From a virus: a DNA stretch of 64,000 nucleotides. The stretch's first letter is position 1. Each line of letters opens with the position of its first letter. The position numbers were made by a program, and so were the translations under genes. Of this stretch, positions 1-9,500 are shown one piece after another. The stretch lies in IMG/VR virus record IMGVR_UViG_3300033064_003894, positions 64,001-128,000 of that record; one strand, written 5' to 3'. Under the pieces are notes generated by a model, which saw only the letters and a list, made by a program, of their open reading frames with translations, did no database searches and was not told the origin of the DNA.

Positions 1-52
1 ATTTATACCTCTTGCTACTTGGGAGGTTATATCTTCAGCAAAAGCGCTTAAA

Positions 53-448
53 GTGCCAATTTCTTGCTCTAATTCCAAAACTGAACACTCGTCAATAATT
101 GGGATACTTAACAAAATAACTAGTGAGTCATATGGATCTTTGATAAGATATAAGCCTTATGAGAAAAGAGATGTTCTGTGGCTAAATAACAGAATATTCG
201 ACATGCCAGTAGAAGATCAGATAAAGTTATATTGTGACAACATAACTGCTGTAATATATGACGGATTTAAAGATGAAAATTTGTTTGCTACGGACGACTA
301 TTTAACAGTAAGAAAGTACTTAGAAACTAGAAATTATTCTATGATGAGTGGAGACAAAAGGAAGAACAAAGAAATAATGAAATCTGTGCGTGCTGGCCAC
401 TCTAGATGCATATTTTATCGTGACTATATTACGTCTTTTTCTTCTTAA
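53..448 (+). CDS. hypothetical protein
   Basis: 131-aa ORF, no recognisable motif. Confidence 0.5.
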   Translation: MPISCSNSKTEHSSIIGILNKITSESYGSLIRYKPYEKRDVLWLNNRIFDMPVEDQIKLYCDNITAVIYDGFKDENLFATDDYLTVRKYLETRNYSMMSGDKRKNKEIMKSVRAGHSRCIFYRDYITSFSS

Positions 449-857
449 TCTTCTTAAGAATAGGAGACCTTTTAACCAATATTTCGCACAGTCTATTGTC
501 ATTTACTGAAATACCACTATGTCTTTTATTATCTTCTATTGCATCAGCGACAGTGTCTAATATGTTCTGTATATCTATTTTTCCTCCCCACTTAGTTGCT
601 GATGGGAAGGAGTCAAGCTTAGTTATAGTGACGCATATTTCATCTATAAGACAATCATACTCAAGAGTCATTGACATATAATTGTCAAAAGGAATATCCC
701 ATCCTGCGTTTATAGCCTCTAGCCTTATGGCCTCAGCAAGATCCTTTTCATCCTTTCTTGCCTTAGAATTTGTCACGAACCGGCCCTTGAAAATATAATT
801 GTTATTTTTTTTTCCTTTTGGGACCCGGAACCTAACGGTTATTTTGTCATTTTTCAC
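429..857 (-). CDS. rusA: RusA-like Holliday junction resolvase
   Basis: RusA-type pattern: VPKGKKN, KIDIQNILDTVADAI, GISVNDNR. Confidence 0.6.
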   Translation of the reverse strand: MKNDKITVRFRVPKGKKNNNYIFKGRFVTNSKARKDEKDLAEAIRLEAINAGWDIPFDNYMSMTLEYDCLIDEICVTITKLDSFPSATKWGGKIDIQNILDTVADAIEDNKRHSGISVNDNRLCEILVKRSPILKKIKKKKT

Positions 858-900
858 GTGAAACCATTATAGTAAAAAAAAATATTTTAGAAACTGACTG

Positions 901-1263
901 TTACATTATGTATTCATTAACAACTTCTTTAGCTTCAGTGAAACATTTTTTAGAAATAGTGTATATGTCTATTGCACATGAATCACATAAATCCTCTTCC
1001 TCTTGAAGATTAATATCTATAGAATTCATATGAACTCCCCAATGAGAAAGTTCGTGCAGGTAAACTAACGTTAATTCTTCTATGCTTATAGGTGCCGTTT
1101 TATTTAGCCAAATCCTTTGTGTTCTTCGAGAATAAACTCCAAAAGCCTTGGATAGAAAAAACTTAGGTGCTATAGTTAAAAGACTGCCAGTGTGAAATTC
1201 TGGCAAACAACCGTCATAGATCTGTCTCCTTATAAAAGAAGAAACAGTTTTTTTATTGCTCAT
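901..1263 (-). CDS. HExxH zinc metallopeptidase (ImmA/IrrE-like)
   Basis: VYLHELSHW followed by EEEDLCD. Confidence 0.65.
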   Translation of the reverse strand: MSNKKTVSSFIRRQIYDGCLPEFHTGSLLTIAPKFFLSKAFGVYSRRTQRIWLNKTAPISIEELTLVYLHELSHWGVHMNSIDINLQEEEDLCDSCAIDIYTISKKCFTEAKEVVNEYIM

Positions 1264-1993
1264 TTGTTATGGTATTGTTATTATTCTTTGTATGACAAAC
1301 TTCGCCACCGTAACTTGCGTAAAAAGGCGGCCGACAGTGTATGCTTCTATGAATTCAATTTATAGAGAAGATATATATTCAGTACTTGTAGAATGTGACA
1401 AGAAGTCTAATTTTGGTGATATTGAATGCTCTAAGTATATATTTGATGACAAGTATGAATGCTGGAATAGGTCTCACGCGTTGAATATTGGGATACAGCA
1501 CATATTAAAAGAAACAGATGCTAATTACATTATGATATACGATTGCGATAATTATGCATCACATGAAACCATTTCTGATATAATTGATTATACCAAAGAA
1601 AAAGATATTTTTTTCCCAAGAATAAGCAATTACGACTACAAAAAAACAACTGGCTTTGTTGTTGCATCTAGAGACAGGTTTGAGAACGACAAGTTTGATG
1701 AAAGACTTTTTTATTGGGGATACGAAGACGATGATTGGGCGTATAGGACAAAGAATTACAAAACATTTGACAAAAGTGCTATAGTAGATCTTGGAGATGT
1801 TGTACACTTAAGGGATAGAAGGAGATATACTCAAAGGCCACCAGGAATGAAGAAGTGGAACTGTTGGGAATACAATAGGATGATTGTAGACTATAAACTT
1901 GGAGTCAAGCCTGAACAGATGAAGTTTTCTAAGGGAGAGAACAGAGATGTATGGCCTAAAGAGTGGATGGACAGGTCAGAATACTACCTATGA
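1256..1993 (+). CDS. glycosyltransferase (GT-A; GT2/GT7-like); likely start ATG 1292
   Basis: WNRSHALNIG, DxD (YDCD), FDERLFYWGYEDDDW. Confidence 0.8.
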   Translation: MLICYGIVIILCMTNFATVTCVKRRPTVYASMNSIYREDIYSVLVECDKKSNFGDIECSKYIFDDKYECWNRSHALNIGIQHILKETDANYIMIYDCDNYASHETISDIIDYTKEKDIFFPRISNYDYKKTTGFVVASRDRFENDKFDERLFYWGYEDDDWAYRTKNYKTFDKSAIVDLGDVVHLRDRRRYTQRPPGMKKWNCWEYNRMIVDYKLGVKPEQMKFSKGENRDVWPKEWMDRSEYYL

Positions 1994-2742
1994 AGTTCAA
2001 TCTAGTTTGTTATAATAAGCTCTTTTATGATGATATAAGCAAAAGTCTTGCTAAATATAACATCACATATTCTAAAGAGTTTGATATTCTAATAGTGGTA
2101 TCACCAAATATAGGAGAAAGACTAATGCATGAGTATTTGTCTATGAATTCAATAGAAGAAAAGCGTCTATTCTATGATCACATCCAGTCATCTATAATTA
2201 AGTGCAAATCTCATGTTATTTTTATATGCCCTCCAGTCATACACGGAGGAAGATATGAAGACTCAATGGATGCCAGCATCATATCTATGATGGACATTGT
2301 ATATAATCACAGCAAGAAAATGGGTCTGTCAAAAAAGTTAGGGACTGTTTTTGTTGAGGCAGTGTACGGTATGAAAGAATTTGATCATCAAATAAGCATG
2401 TTCGACTCTATAATGAAGATGTGCTCTAATGTATATGATAATGGATTTATATATTCAGCTATAAATAAGAAGTCAAAAAGGAGGCTCTGTAAGATAGATT
2501 CAATTTCAGAGGCAATAATATATTTTATAAAAAACATGTCTAATTCAACAATACACATAACGTCGCCACTTTATACAGTTGATAACGTAGTAGGGATGGC
2601 TGCAAGCCTAACAGGTAAAAAGTACAATATTGCATACTATGATCAGGGCCTTATAAGTGAATACAAAATAAATGGCCCAACATATGATGCTGGGCCGCAA
2701 GAGGATCGAATTAGAGAGGCTTTTCTTCTTTTAGATAAATGA
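1963..2742 (+). CDS. hypothetical protein, possibly degenerate sugar epimerase/SDR fold
   Basis: 259-aa ORF following the GT; weak resemblance only (VEAVYG). Confidence 0.4.
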   Translation: MDGQVRILPMKFNLVCYNKLFYDDISKSLAKYNITYSKEFDILIVVSPNIGERLMHEYLSMNSIEEKRLFYDHIQSSIIKCKSHVIFICPPVIHGGRYEDSMDASIISMMDIVYNHSKKMGLSKKLGTVFVEAVYGMKEFDHQISMFDSIMKMCSNVYDNGFIYSAINKKSKRRLCKIDSISEAIIYFIKNMSNSTIHITSPLYTVDNVVGMAASLTGKKYNIAYYDQGLISEYKINGPTYDAGPQEDRIREAFLLLDK

Positions 2743-3264
2743 CAGAGCAATTCCTTCACGAAGACCCTCAAAAGTGCAAGTAGTTGACGTATAAGAGAAT
2801 TTTGAATCGAACTCTTTAATTCCATCTAGAGTCATAAAGTTAAAGGCTCCAATCCATAGTATTGTGCAAGATGACTTGTTAACGAGATTATTTTTCAATA
2901 AGTTAAGTCCCCTTCCCTTGCCAGCAAAGCGAGGAGCATCAACGATTATAAAATCGTAATTGCCTTCTAGTCCATCAAAGATCTGAGTTCCATCACAATC
3001 AATTATAGGCATATGCTCAATTACTATAGGAGAAGATGGATCGATCTTCTTTTGTATGTGAGACATGACAATCTCTTCTTCTTCTACGCATCTAATATTA
3101 TGCATATCCTGAAGACATGCAGCGATATTAGATGCGCCAAGAATAAGAATATTTTCAGGCTTAATCTTTTTTACAAGATTTCTTGAAAAAATACAAACAT
3201 CATCAGATGCTCCCCAAGCCTCTGGGGCAATCCGCATTTTCTTTATAGCTTCCGAGGCGATCAT
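2731..3264 (-). CDS. class I SAM-methyltransferase-like protein
   Basis: IKPENILILGAS and YDFIIVDAP motifs. Confidence 0.5.
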   Translation of the reverse strand: MIASEAIKKMRIAPEAWGASDDVCIFSRNLVKKIKPENILILGASNIAACLQDMHNIRCVEEEEIVMSHIQKKIDPSSPIVIEHMPIIDCDGTQIFDGLEGNYDFIIVDAPRFAGKGRGLNLLKNNLVNKSSCTILWIGAFNFMTLDGIKEFDSKFSYTSTTCTFEGLREGIALSFI

Positions 3265-3295
3265 TCGGACATTTTAAAGTGCACGTTGTTGAAAA

Positions 3296-3388
3296 TCAAC
3301 TAAAAATAACTGATCCTACTGCGACACCTATAAGAAAAACAACAATCTCTCTATTGTGCTCTCGAATGAATTGTTTAATTTTATCCAT
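3296..3388 (-). CDS. 30-aa small membrane protein (not in ORF track): MDKIKQFIREHNREIVVFLIGVAVGSVIFS
   Basis: Hand-translated ATG..TGA ORF with a hydrophobic C-terminal helix; fills an intergenic gap; TATAAT upstream on the minus strand. Confidence 0.55.
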   Translation of the reverse strand: MDKIKQFIREHNREIVVFLIGVAVGSVIFS

Positions 3389-3492
3389 CTGTAGTAGTTT
3401 GTTCTTTTGTCCCAATCTTAAAAGACAGAACGATGCAATTATAATATAACAAAAAAATTGGTTAATAAACTAAGATTTTTATTTAGCGTTAC

Positions 3493-4479
3493 TTAAGCCG
3501 AAACGCTTTGGGACGCTTCTTTTTTTACCCCTGAGGAAGATATATAAGATTTGATGATTTCCAACAGATCTGATGGAGAATACTTAGAGGCGTCTTTTGA
3601 TGGCGATGTTGCAGTTCCTCTGCTAGCCATCGTTCCTGATTGAGAGAAAAGCCAATTTTCTTCGTCTATTAAAGATCTAAGCTCTGACACGTTAACTTCA
3701 TATAGGTCTTTATTCCTTATAATGCCAATGTCATTATCCTGAGAATAGACTATTATGTCGACATTTTCTCTGAACAGTCTCTTAACTATGTGCTTACTTG
3801 CAAGCGCTTTACTTCCATCGGCAATTGCCATTATGAATCCGTTATGCTCAACAGTGACAATATTTTTGCAAGCATGTTTTGCTCTCTTGGTCGTAGTCAT
3901 TCTGAAAAGCATTCCGTCAAGGATCTCAAAGAGAACCTGTTGTATTGAAGACAGGCTTTCATCTGCGTCAGACTCTGACTCGTAAAGATTTTTAAGACTT
4001 TCAAACACGCACAGAAGGTCCACCATGTGTGGCAAGAAGTGAGTCTTTCTGTTATTGTTTGCCCAAGGCCCGTCTTCTGTAAGAGTCGCATTCAGATAGT
4101 TTCCAAGGTGCGCCATAGAAGAATAACCATTTAGTACATCAGCTACAGACGCATCAGTATTTGGATCTTCTGAAATATCTCTTACTGAATTTATAACCCT
4201 AGAGAAACACCCACGGGTTACAAAGATTGATTTTTTTCTTCCAGTTTCCTTGTCCGTTATTTTTATTTCTTCTGGACCATATCTAATCTGTTCGCCATTT
4301 ACGGCGTCTTTTGCTTGCAATCCAATTGAGACATCGTCATCTGACATGTCACTACCAGACCAATTATTAGACTCGTAGCAAATAGCTTCTTCTGGTATTT
4401 CAAACGCTCTGCAATATAGCCAAGCAGCTGCTGCGCCATCTAAGTTTAAATGCCTAGGAAGGATGATTCTTTTTTTCAT
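3493..4479 (-). CDS. hypothetical protein, MYG1/DHH-like (possibly degenerate)
   Basis: N-terminal IILPRHLNLDGAAAAWL and C-terminal WLFSQSGTMASRG resemble MYG1-type hydrolases. Confidence 0.4.
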   Translation of the reverse strand: MKKRIILPRHLNLDGAAAAWLYCRAFEIPEEAICYESNNWSGSDMSDDDVSIGLQAKDAVNGEQIRYGPEEIKITDKETGRKKSIFVTRGCFSRVINSVRDISEDPNTDASVADVLNGYSSMAHLGNYLNATLTEDGPWANNNRKTHFLPHMVDLLCVFESLKNLYESESDADESLSSIQQVLFEILDGMLFRMTTTKRAKHACKNIVTVEHNGFIMAIADGSKALASKHIVKRLFRENVDIIVYSQDNDIGIIRNKDLYEVNVSELRSLIDEENWLFSQSGTMASRGTATSPSKDASKYSPSDLLEIIKSYISSSGVKKEASQSVSA

Positions 4480-4931
4480 TGTATGTATGCCGACGCTTCT
4501 TTATACCCAGTCGGACGTGGGTCTTCAACGAGTACGTTTTGAACTTCGCCATGCACGGTTGTGTGTATAACTAACTTTGCTTTCTCTAAGTCTTTAGAGC
4601 TTAAAGGAATTTCGTATTTTGTGTATATGTCTATTATTTTGACTAGCTCTAATACTATACGAGACACCTGAGGTCTGGCTACTATTAGCGCAGCCCTTGC
4701 AGTATCTGGGTCTACTGATTTACATTCCTTTTCCTCAAAGGCTACTCCACCAAGATTGCCTTGCGATGGATCTCTCAAAAGTGAAAAACCCTGAAAGATC
4801 TTAACAGAAGGGAGTCCAGACCCAGGAGGAGGAGTCGCAATTATTGTATTTAGAGATATAAAAATCTGATTTCCAGGGACTTCTAATATGGTTGGCTGAT
4901 CTGGTTTTGATTGGTTCATTTTATTTACCAC
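4476..4931 (-). CDS. hypothetical protein
   Basis: 151-aa ORF coupled to the next gene. Confidence 0.55.
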   Translation of the reverse strand: MVNKMNQSKPDQPTILEVPGNQIFISLNTIIATPPPGSGLPSVKIFQGFSLLRDPSQGNLGGVAFEEKECKSVDPDTARAALIVARPQVSRIVLELVKIIDIYTKYEIPLSSKDLEKAKLVIHTTVHGEVQNVLVEDPRPTGYKEASAYIQ

Positions 4932-4938
4932 ACGAGAT

Positions 4939-5712
4939 GTGGTAACATATTATACCTTTGATAGGGGTAGTTTTTACATGAGGAAGACAAAACTAAAAGG
5001 AGTGATAAGTGACATTCATGTTCCATTTCACGATGTAGCAGCTACTGCTCAAGCTATTGAGTATCTTAAAGATGCCGGAATTGATGAGCTAACGCTTCTT
5101 GGAGATATCTGCGATTTTATGGCAGTGAGCAGGTTTAGCCGTTCTCTTGAAAGAAGGGCTGGACTTAAATATGAATTAGACTCAACTATAGAGTTCTTGG
5201 ACGTTGTAAGGCAGACATTCAAAAAAATAAAAATAAATTATGTATGCGGAAACCACGAAGAGCGATGGGAAAAATATCTTATGGATAAGAGCCCAGAGCT
5301 CATAGGTTTAGAAGGAATGACAATACAAGAAAAGCTTAGGCTAAAGGACTTTAATATACAGTGGCATGAGACAAAATATATAGACAATGACATGGTATTT
5401 TATCATGGAGTCGGGCGCTCGTCAGGTGACGCAGGAGGTAGCGTAAAGCTTTGGCTTAACCACTTTATGACATCAGTAATAATTGGACACGTGCATAAGC
5501 AAGCAGTTCTGTACAAAAGAACTGGCACTGGAAGGGTTTTAGTAGGAATAGAAAACCCAACTCTTAGCCAGCTTGACCCAGAGTATGAGCCGACAGGAAC
5601 AAGCAACTGGCAGCAGGGAGGAACAGTATTATTAATGGATTACGCTAACAACGTAAATATACCCTATCCATTCCAAATATGTAATGGGAAACTGTACGCA
5701 TCAAAATTTTAA
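4939..5712 (+). CDS. calcineurin-like metallophosphoesterase; likely start ATG 4978
   Basis: SDIH, GDICD, GNHE, HG, GHVH motifs. Confidence 0.9.
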   Translation: MVTYYTFDRGSFYMRKTKLKGVISDIHVPFHDVAATAQAIEYLKDAGIDELTLLGDICDFMAVSRFSRSLERRAGLKYELDSTIEFLDVVRQTFKKIKINYVCGNHEERWEKYLMDKSPELIGLEGMTIQEKLRLKDFNIQWHETKYIDNDMVFYHGVGRSSGDAGGSVKLWLNHFMTSVIIGHVHKQAVLYKRTGTGRVLVGIENPTLSQLDPEYEPTGTSNWQQGGTVLLMDYANNVNIPYPFQICNGKLYASKF

Positions 5713-6514
5713 AAAAAAATATATTAAAGGTACGTATTACACATTTTTGAGATGTCACCAGGTCTAAGAGGTCCCACTCCACTTCAATTTCACCTCGCAG
5801 AGTTTCTACGATCGACGACGTCGACGTGTACATGCATTCGAAAATCGAAAATGTGGATCCGGATAAACTTGTGGGTTAACTCCACTGCTCGTGTAGAGCT
5901 CACGTGTACCGACTTTCTGTAAGTCGAAGTGAATTCCTATTCCTTACTTTTAAGTAAGTGATAGATGAAAAGGTATCCTTTTCAAAGAAATAATACGGGT
6001 TTTTATAAGTTACTTTTTTTTCTTTAATAATCTCAATTAATTAGATACTCTCTTTTGAACTAGCTATACTTTCCGACATTTACCGAAAACGCTAAACCTA
6101 CGCGCGTCGCCTGGCCCTGCAGGTTTCGAGGAGAGGACATTCTCTACCCACCCCATCTGGATTAATTTTTGATTAAAGTGAAAGTTACAAATGCCTGCCA
6201 GGCGTGGGTCGCGACGGCGGGTTTAAATTATCCGGGCCCGCCGGCGCCTTTGTAAATGAAAATTTACCTGTCTTCACTTTTAGTGAAGTGACCATTGTTA
6301 TGGAATCCACAACCGAAATTGAGCTAGCTATAACTTATGTTGCATACTCTTTTTTCAACCTGCATAAGTTTATTTTCACCTTTATGGCTAAAGGTTTGTA
6401 GGTTAACTTCTTAACCACACATCTAAGGTTCTTAAGGAATCCTTAAGATGATTGCAACATTGCTTTATACCCAGAATGAATTCTTTTTTTAGTTTTATAT
6501 GATATAATTAGATC
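5713..6514. other. palindrome-dense non-coding region (natural polylinker-like array plus gapped dyads)
   Basis: Largest intergenic gap; many distinct 6-8-bp palindromes and at least seven gapped inverted repeats read directly from the sequence. Confidence 0.8.
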
Positions 6515-9500
6515 ATGAGGCTTGAAAAATTCAAAGCTCACGTAGAGAAAGCAATAAGTGACTCTTTGACAGACATTTCTGTCGGTTCAGGTCAAAAAAT
6601 AAGCTTTACGGGAGTATCTATGCCAGATGCTAAATATGGCATCTCTGAAGAGATTAAGGCAAAGATGACCGGATCTTCTTATGGAATACCTGTAAGGGCC
6701 TCATTTGAGACTTTAGATGAAGAGACGGGAGAGAAAGAAAAAAAGACGGTTCAAATATTTAAATTGCCAATGAGGACAAACCGTGGCACGTTTATTTGGA
6801 ATGGTAACGAGGTAAACATTAAGAATCAATATAGGAGAAGGCCGGGAGTGTACACATATTACTCTCAGGCTGATGGAGGACTATATTCTTCTAATTTTAA
6901 TATGTCAAAGGGTAGAGCCAAATTCTCTAAGAAGGTTAGGGTAGTAATTAACCCGGAAACTCTTAAATACGAGCTTAGACTTGGTGGATCAAAATTTGAA
7001 ATATATCCAATATTAAGAGCATACGGAATGTCAGACTCTGAGATAAGTGGAATTATGGGGAAAGATCTATATGACGCAAACTATATAGATGATTATGAAA
7101 AGGTTATAAGAAAGCTAGCCAAGTTTAGGACCGGGAAAGAGTACAAGAATATAGATGACGCATCTAAAGATATTGTTTCAGAGTTTTCAGAGATATCATT
7201 TGATGGAGGTATTAATGAATACACTCTTGGAAAGGATTTCTCGTCTATAAACAAAGACTTTTGGGGCAAGGTTATCGTTAAGCTAAGAGACGTGGCTGCT
7301 GGCAAGAAAGATCCGGACGATCCAGATGCTTCTTATTTCAGAGAATATCTTGAGCCAGAAGACAACATAATTGAGGCGATAAACAGCACTGCTGCGTCAA
7401 TATCTTCTAAAATAAAACAGAGAAGGGGGAAGTCCAATATAGGTAGAATACTTCAAAATATTAATTTTGATAAAGAAGTAAATAACCTTTTCACTACTGG
7501 GTCTTTGAAGGACATAAGAGATCAGTCTAATCCTGTTGACTGGTACACAGGTCTTGACTCCTTAACAATTTACGGACCTGGAGGGATAAGTGGGGCTCTT
7601 AGTGTGACAGAAGGAATGAGGCGTCTTCAGCCAACGCTGCTTGGATTTTCTGACCCAGTAAATACTCCTGACGACGGAGATAAGGTTGGAGTTGTTCTAT
7701 ACAAGACGACTGGAGCTGTAATAAAAGACAGGAAACCTCATATTAAAGTTAAGGACAAGAGCGGAAAGACCGTGGTGCTTCCAATTATAGACTTCTATCA
7801 CCAAAAAATAGGAATTGGCGATTACTCTCAAAAAGGAAAAATAGACTTAATATTTAAAGGGTCGGCTACGACAGGACTGTCTACTGACGTTAAGTACTTC
7901 ATACCAGAAGAATATCTTTTTAGCCACACTTCGAATCTTATACCAATGATAAGCTCAACGTATGGAGTTAGAGCAAACGTAGCCTCAAAGCAGATGGGTC
8001 AAGCTCTGCCTCTAAAGGACGCGGAAGAGGCCTTTGTCCAATCTGAATATGCAAAAAACAAAAAGGCAAAGTATCTTCAGGAGGGGCTAGATATGGACGA
8101 ATACGGAAATGTTAGGTCTGTATCAAACGGAGTTGTTGACTCTGTAAGTAAGACTTCAGGAAAGATCACAATAAGGATGGATGATGGAAAGAAGGTTACT
8201 CATGATGTACCAACGCACTATCCACTTAATTCAGAAAGCTTCTCTCATAACAATATAGTAGTGTCATCTGGTGACGAGGTTAAGAAGGGTCAAGTCATCG
8301 CAGAGTCTATATTTAGTAGAAATGGTGGGCTGGCAATAGGGAAGAACTTGAGAACGGCATTCCTGCCATATAAAGGATATAATTTTGAAGATGGCTTTGT
8401 GATAAGTGAAGGCGCGTCACAAAAGATGACGTCTCTTCATATGCACAAGTTTGAGGTATCTCTTGGTGGAGGGGTAAGGGCAGGGAAGAGACTGTATGTA
8501 TCTGTATTTCCAAATAAAGCGGCTCTAATAAAGCTAGACAACTATGATGATAGCGGTTCATTGAAAGAGGGCGCGTTGGTTTCATATGGGGCACCAGTAA
8601 TACTTGCGATTGAGAACAGGGACCTTACTCCTCAGCAGGCAACTATTGCGTCATTTAACAAAACAATGGCTAGTCTCATACAACCAAAAGACGTAAGCCC
8701 TATATACGAGGTTGAGTTCCCATCTAAGGTGGTTAGGGCTTATAAGGACAATAAAAGAATTATTGTGATGATCGAAAGCGAAGAGCCAATGGTTGAAGGC
8801 GATAAAATTGCTACAAGGTATGGAGGTAAAGGGATTGTTACAAAAATAGTTCCAGATGCATTAATGCCGGCATCGGAATCTGGCGAACCTGTAGAGGTTT
8901 TGTTTAATCCGCATGGTCTTCCGAGCCGGCTTAACTCGTCTCAGATTGTGGAGAATGCTCTTGGTAAGGTGTCAGAAAAGACAGGGAAGAAGTTCTTCAT
9001 ACCTGGGTTCTCAAAAGAGAGTTTTATTGATATAGCTAAGAGGGAGCTGTCTGCTGCTGGTCTATCTGATGAGGAGACCTTAATTGACCCTGAAACTGGA
9101 AAGCGTCTAGATAGGGTAGGCGTAGGAAATATGTATTACATGAAACTTAAGCATAGCGTAAGAAAGAAGCTTAAGTCTGGAGACGTAGGAGAATATGACA
9201 CAATTTTTGAGCAGCCAAAGAAGACCGAAAGAAACACAGCGAGAGGAATAGATGGACTGTCTCTTTATTCTCTGCTAGCTTCTGGGGCAAGGGCAAACCT
9301 TGCAGACATGGCGTCAGTTAAAGCAAATAGAAACGATGAGTTCTGGCGTGCCCTTCAGATGGGCATGCCTACGCCGTCACCAAAAGATCTCACAACAACT
9401 AAATATTTTACGTCTCTTTTGACTGGAATTGGGTTAAACGTAAATAAAACAAAGGATTTTCTGTCTATATACCCAGCGACAGACTCAGATATTGAGAGGA

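Noticed and set aside
5809-5936. Cloning-vector multiple cloning site contamination
   Set aside because: Site order does not match the pUC or pBluescript polylinkers, no lacZ or primer flanks, and palindromes continue through 800 bp of phage-like DNA; not formally excluded without VecScreen and reads
6204-6401. 65-aa ORF in the palindrome region
   Set aside because: GTG start, no RBS, no motif; runs through the palindromes and is likely incidental
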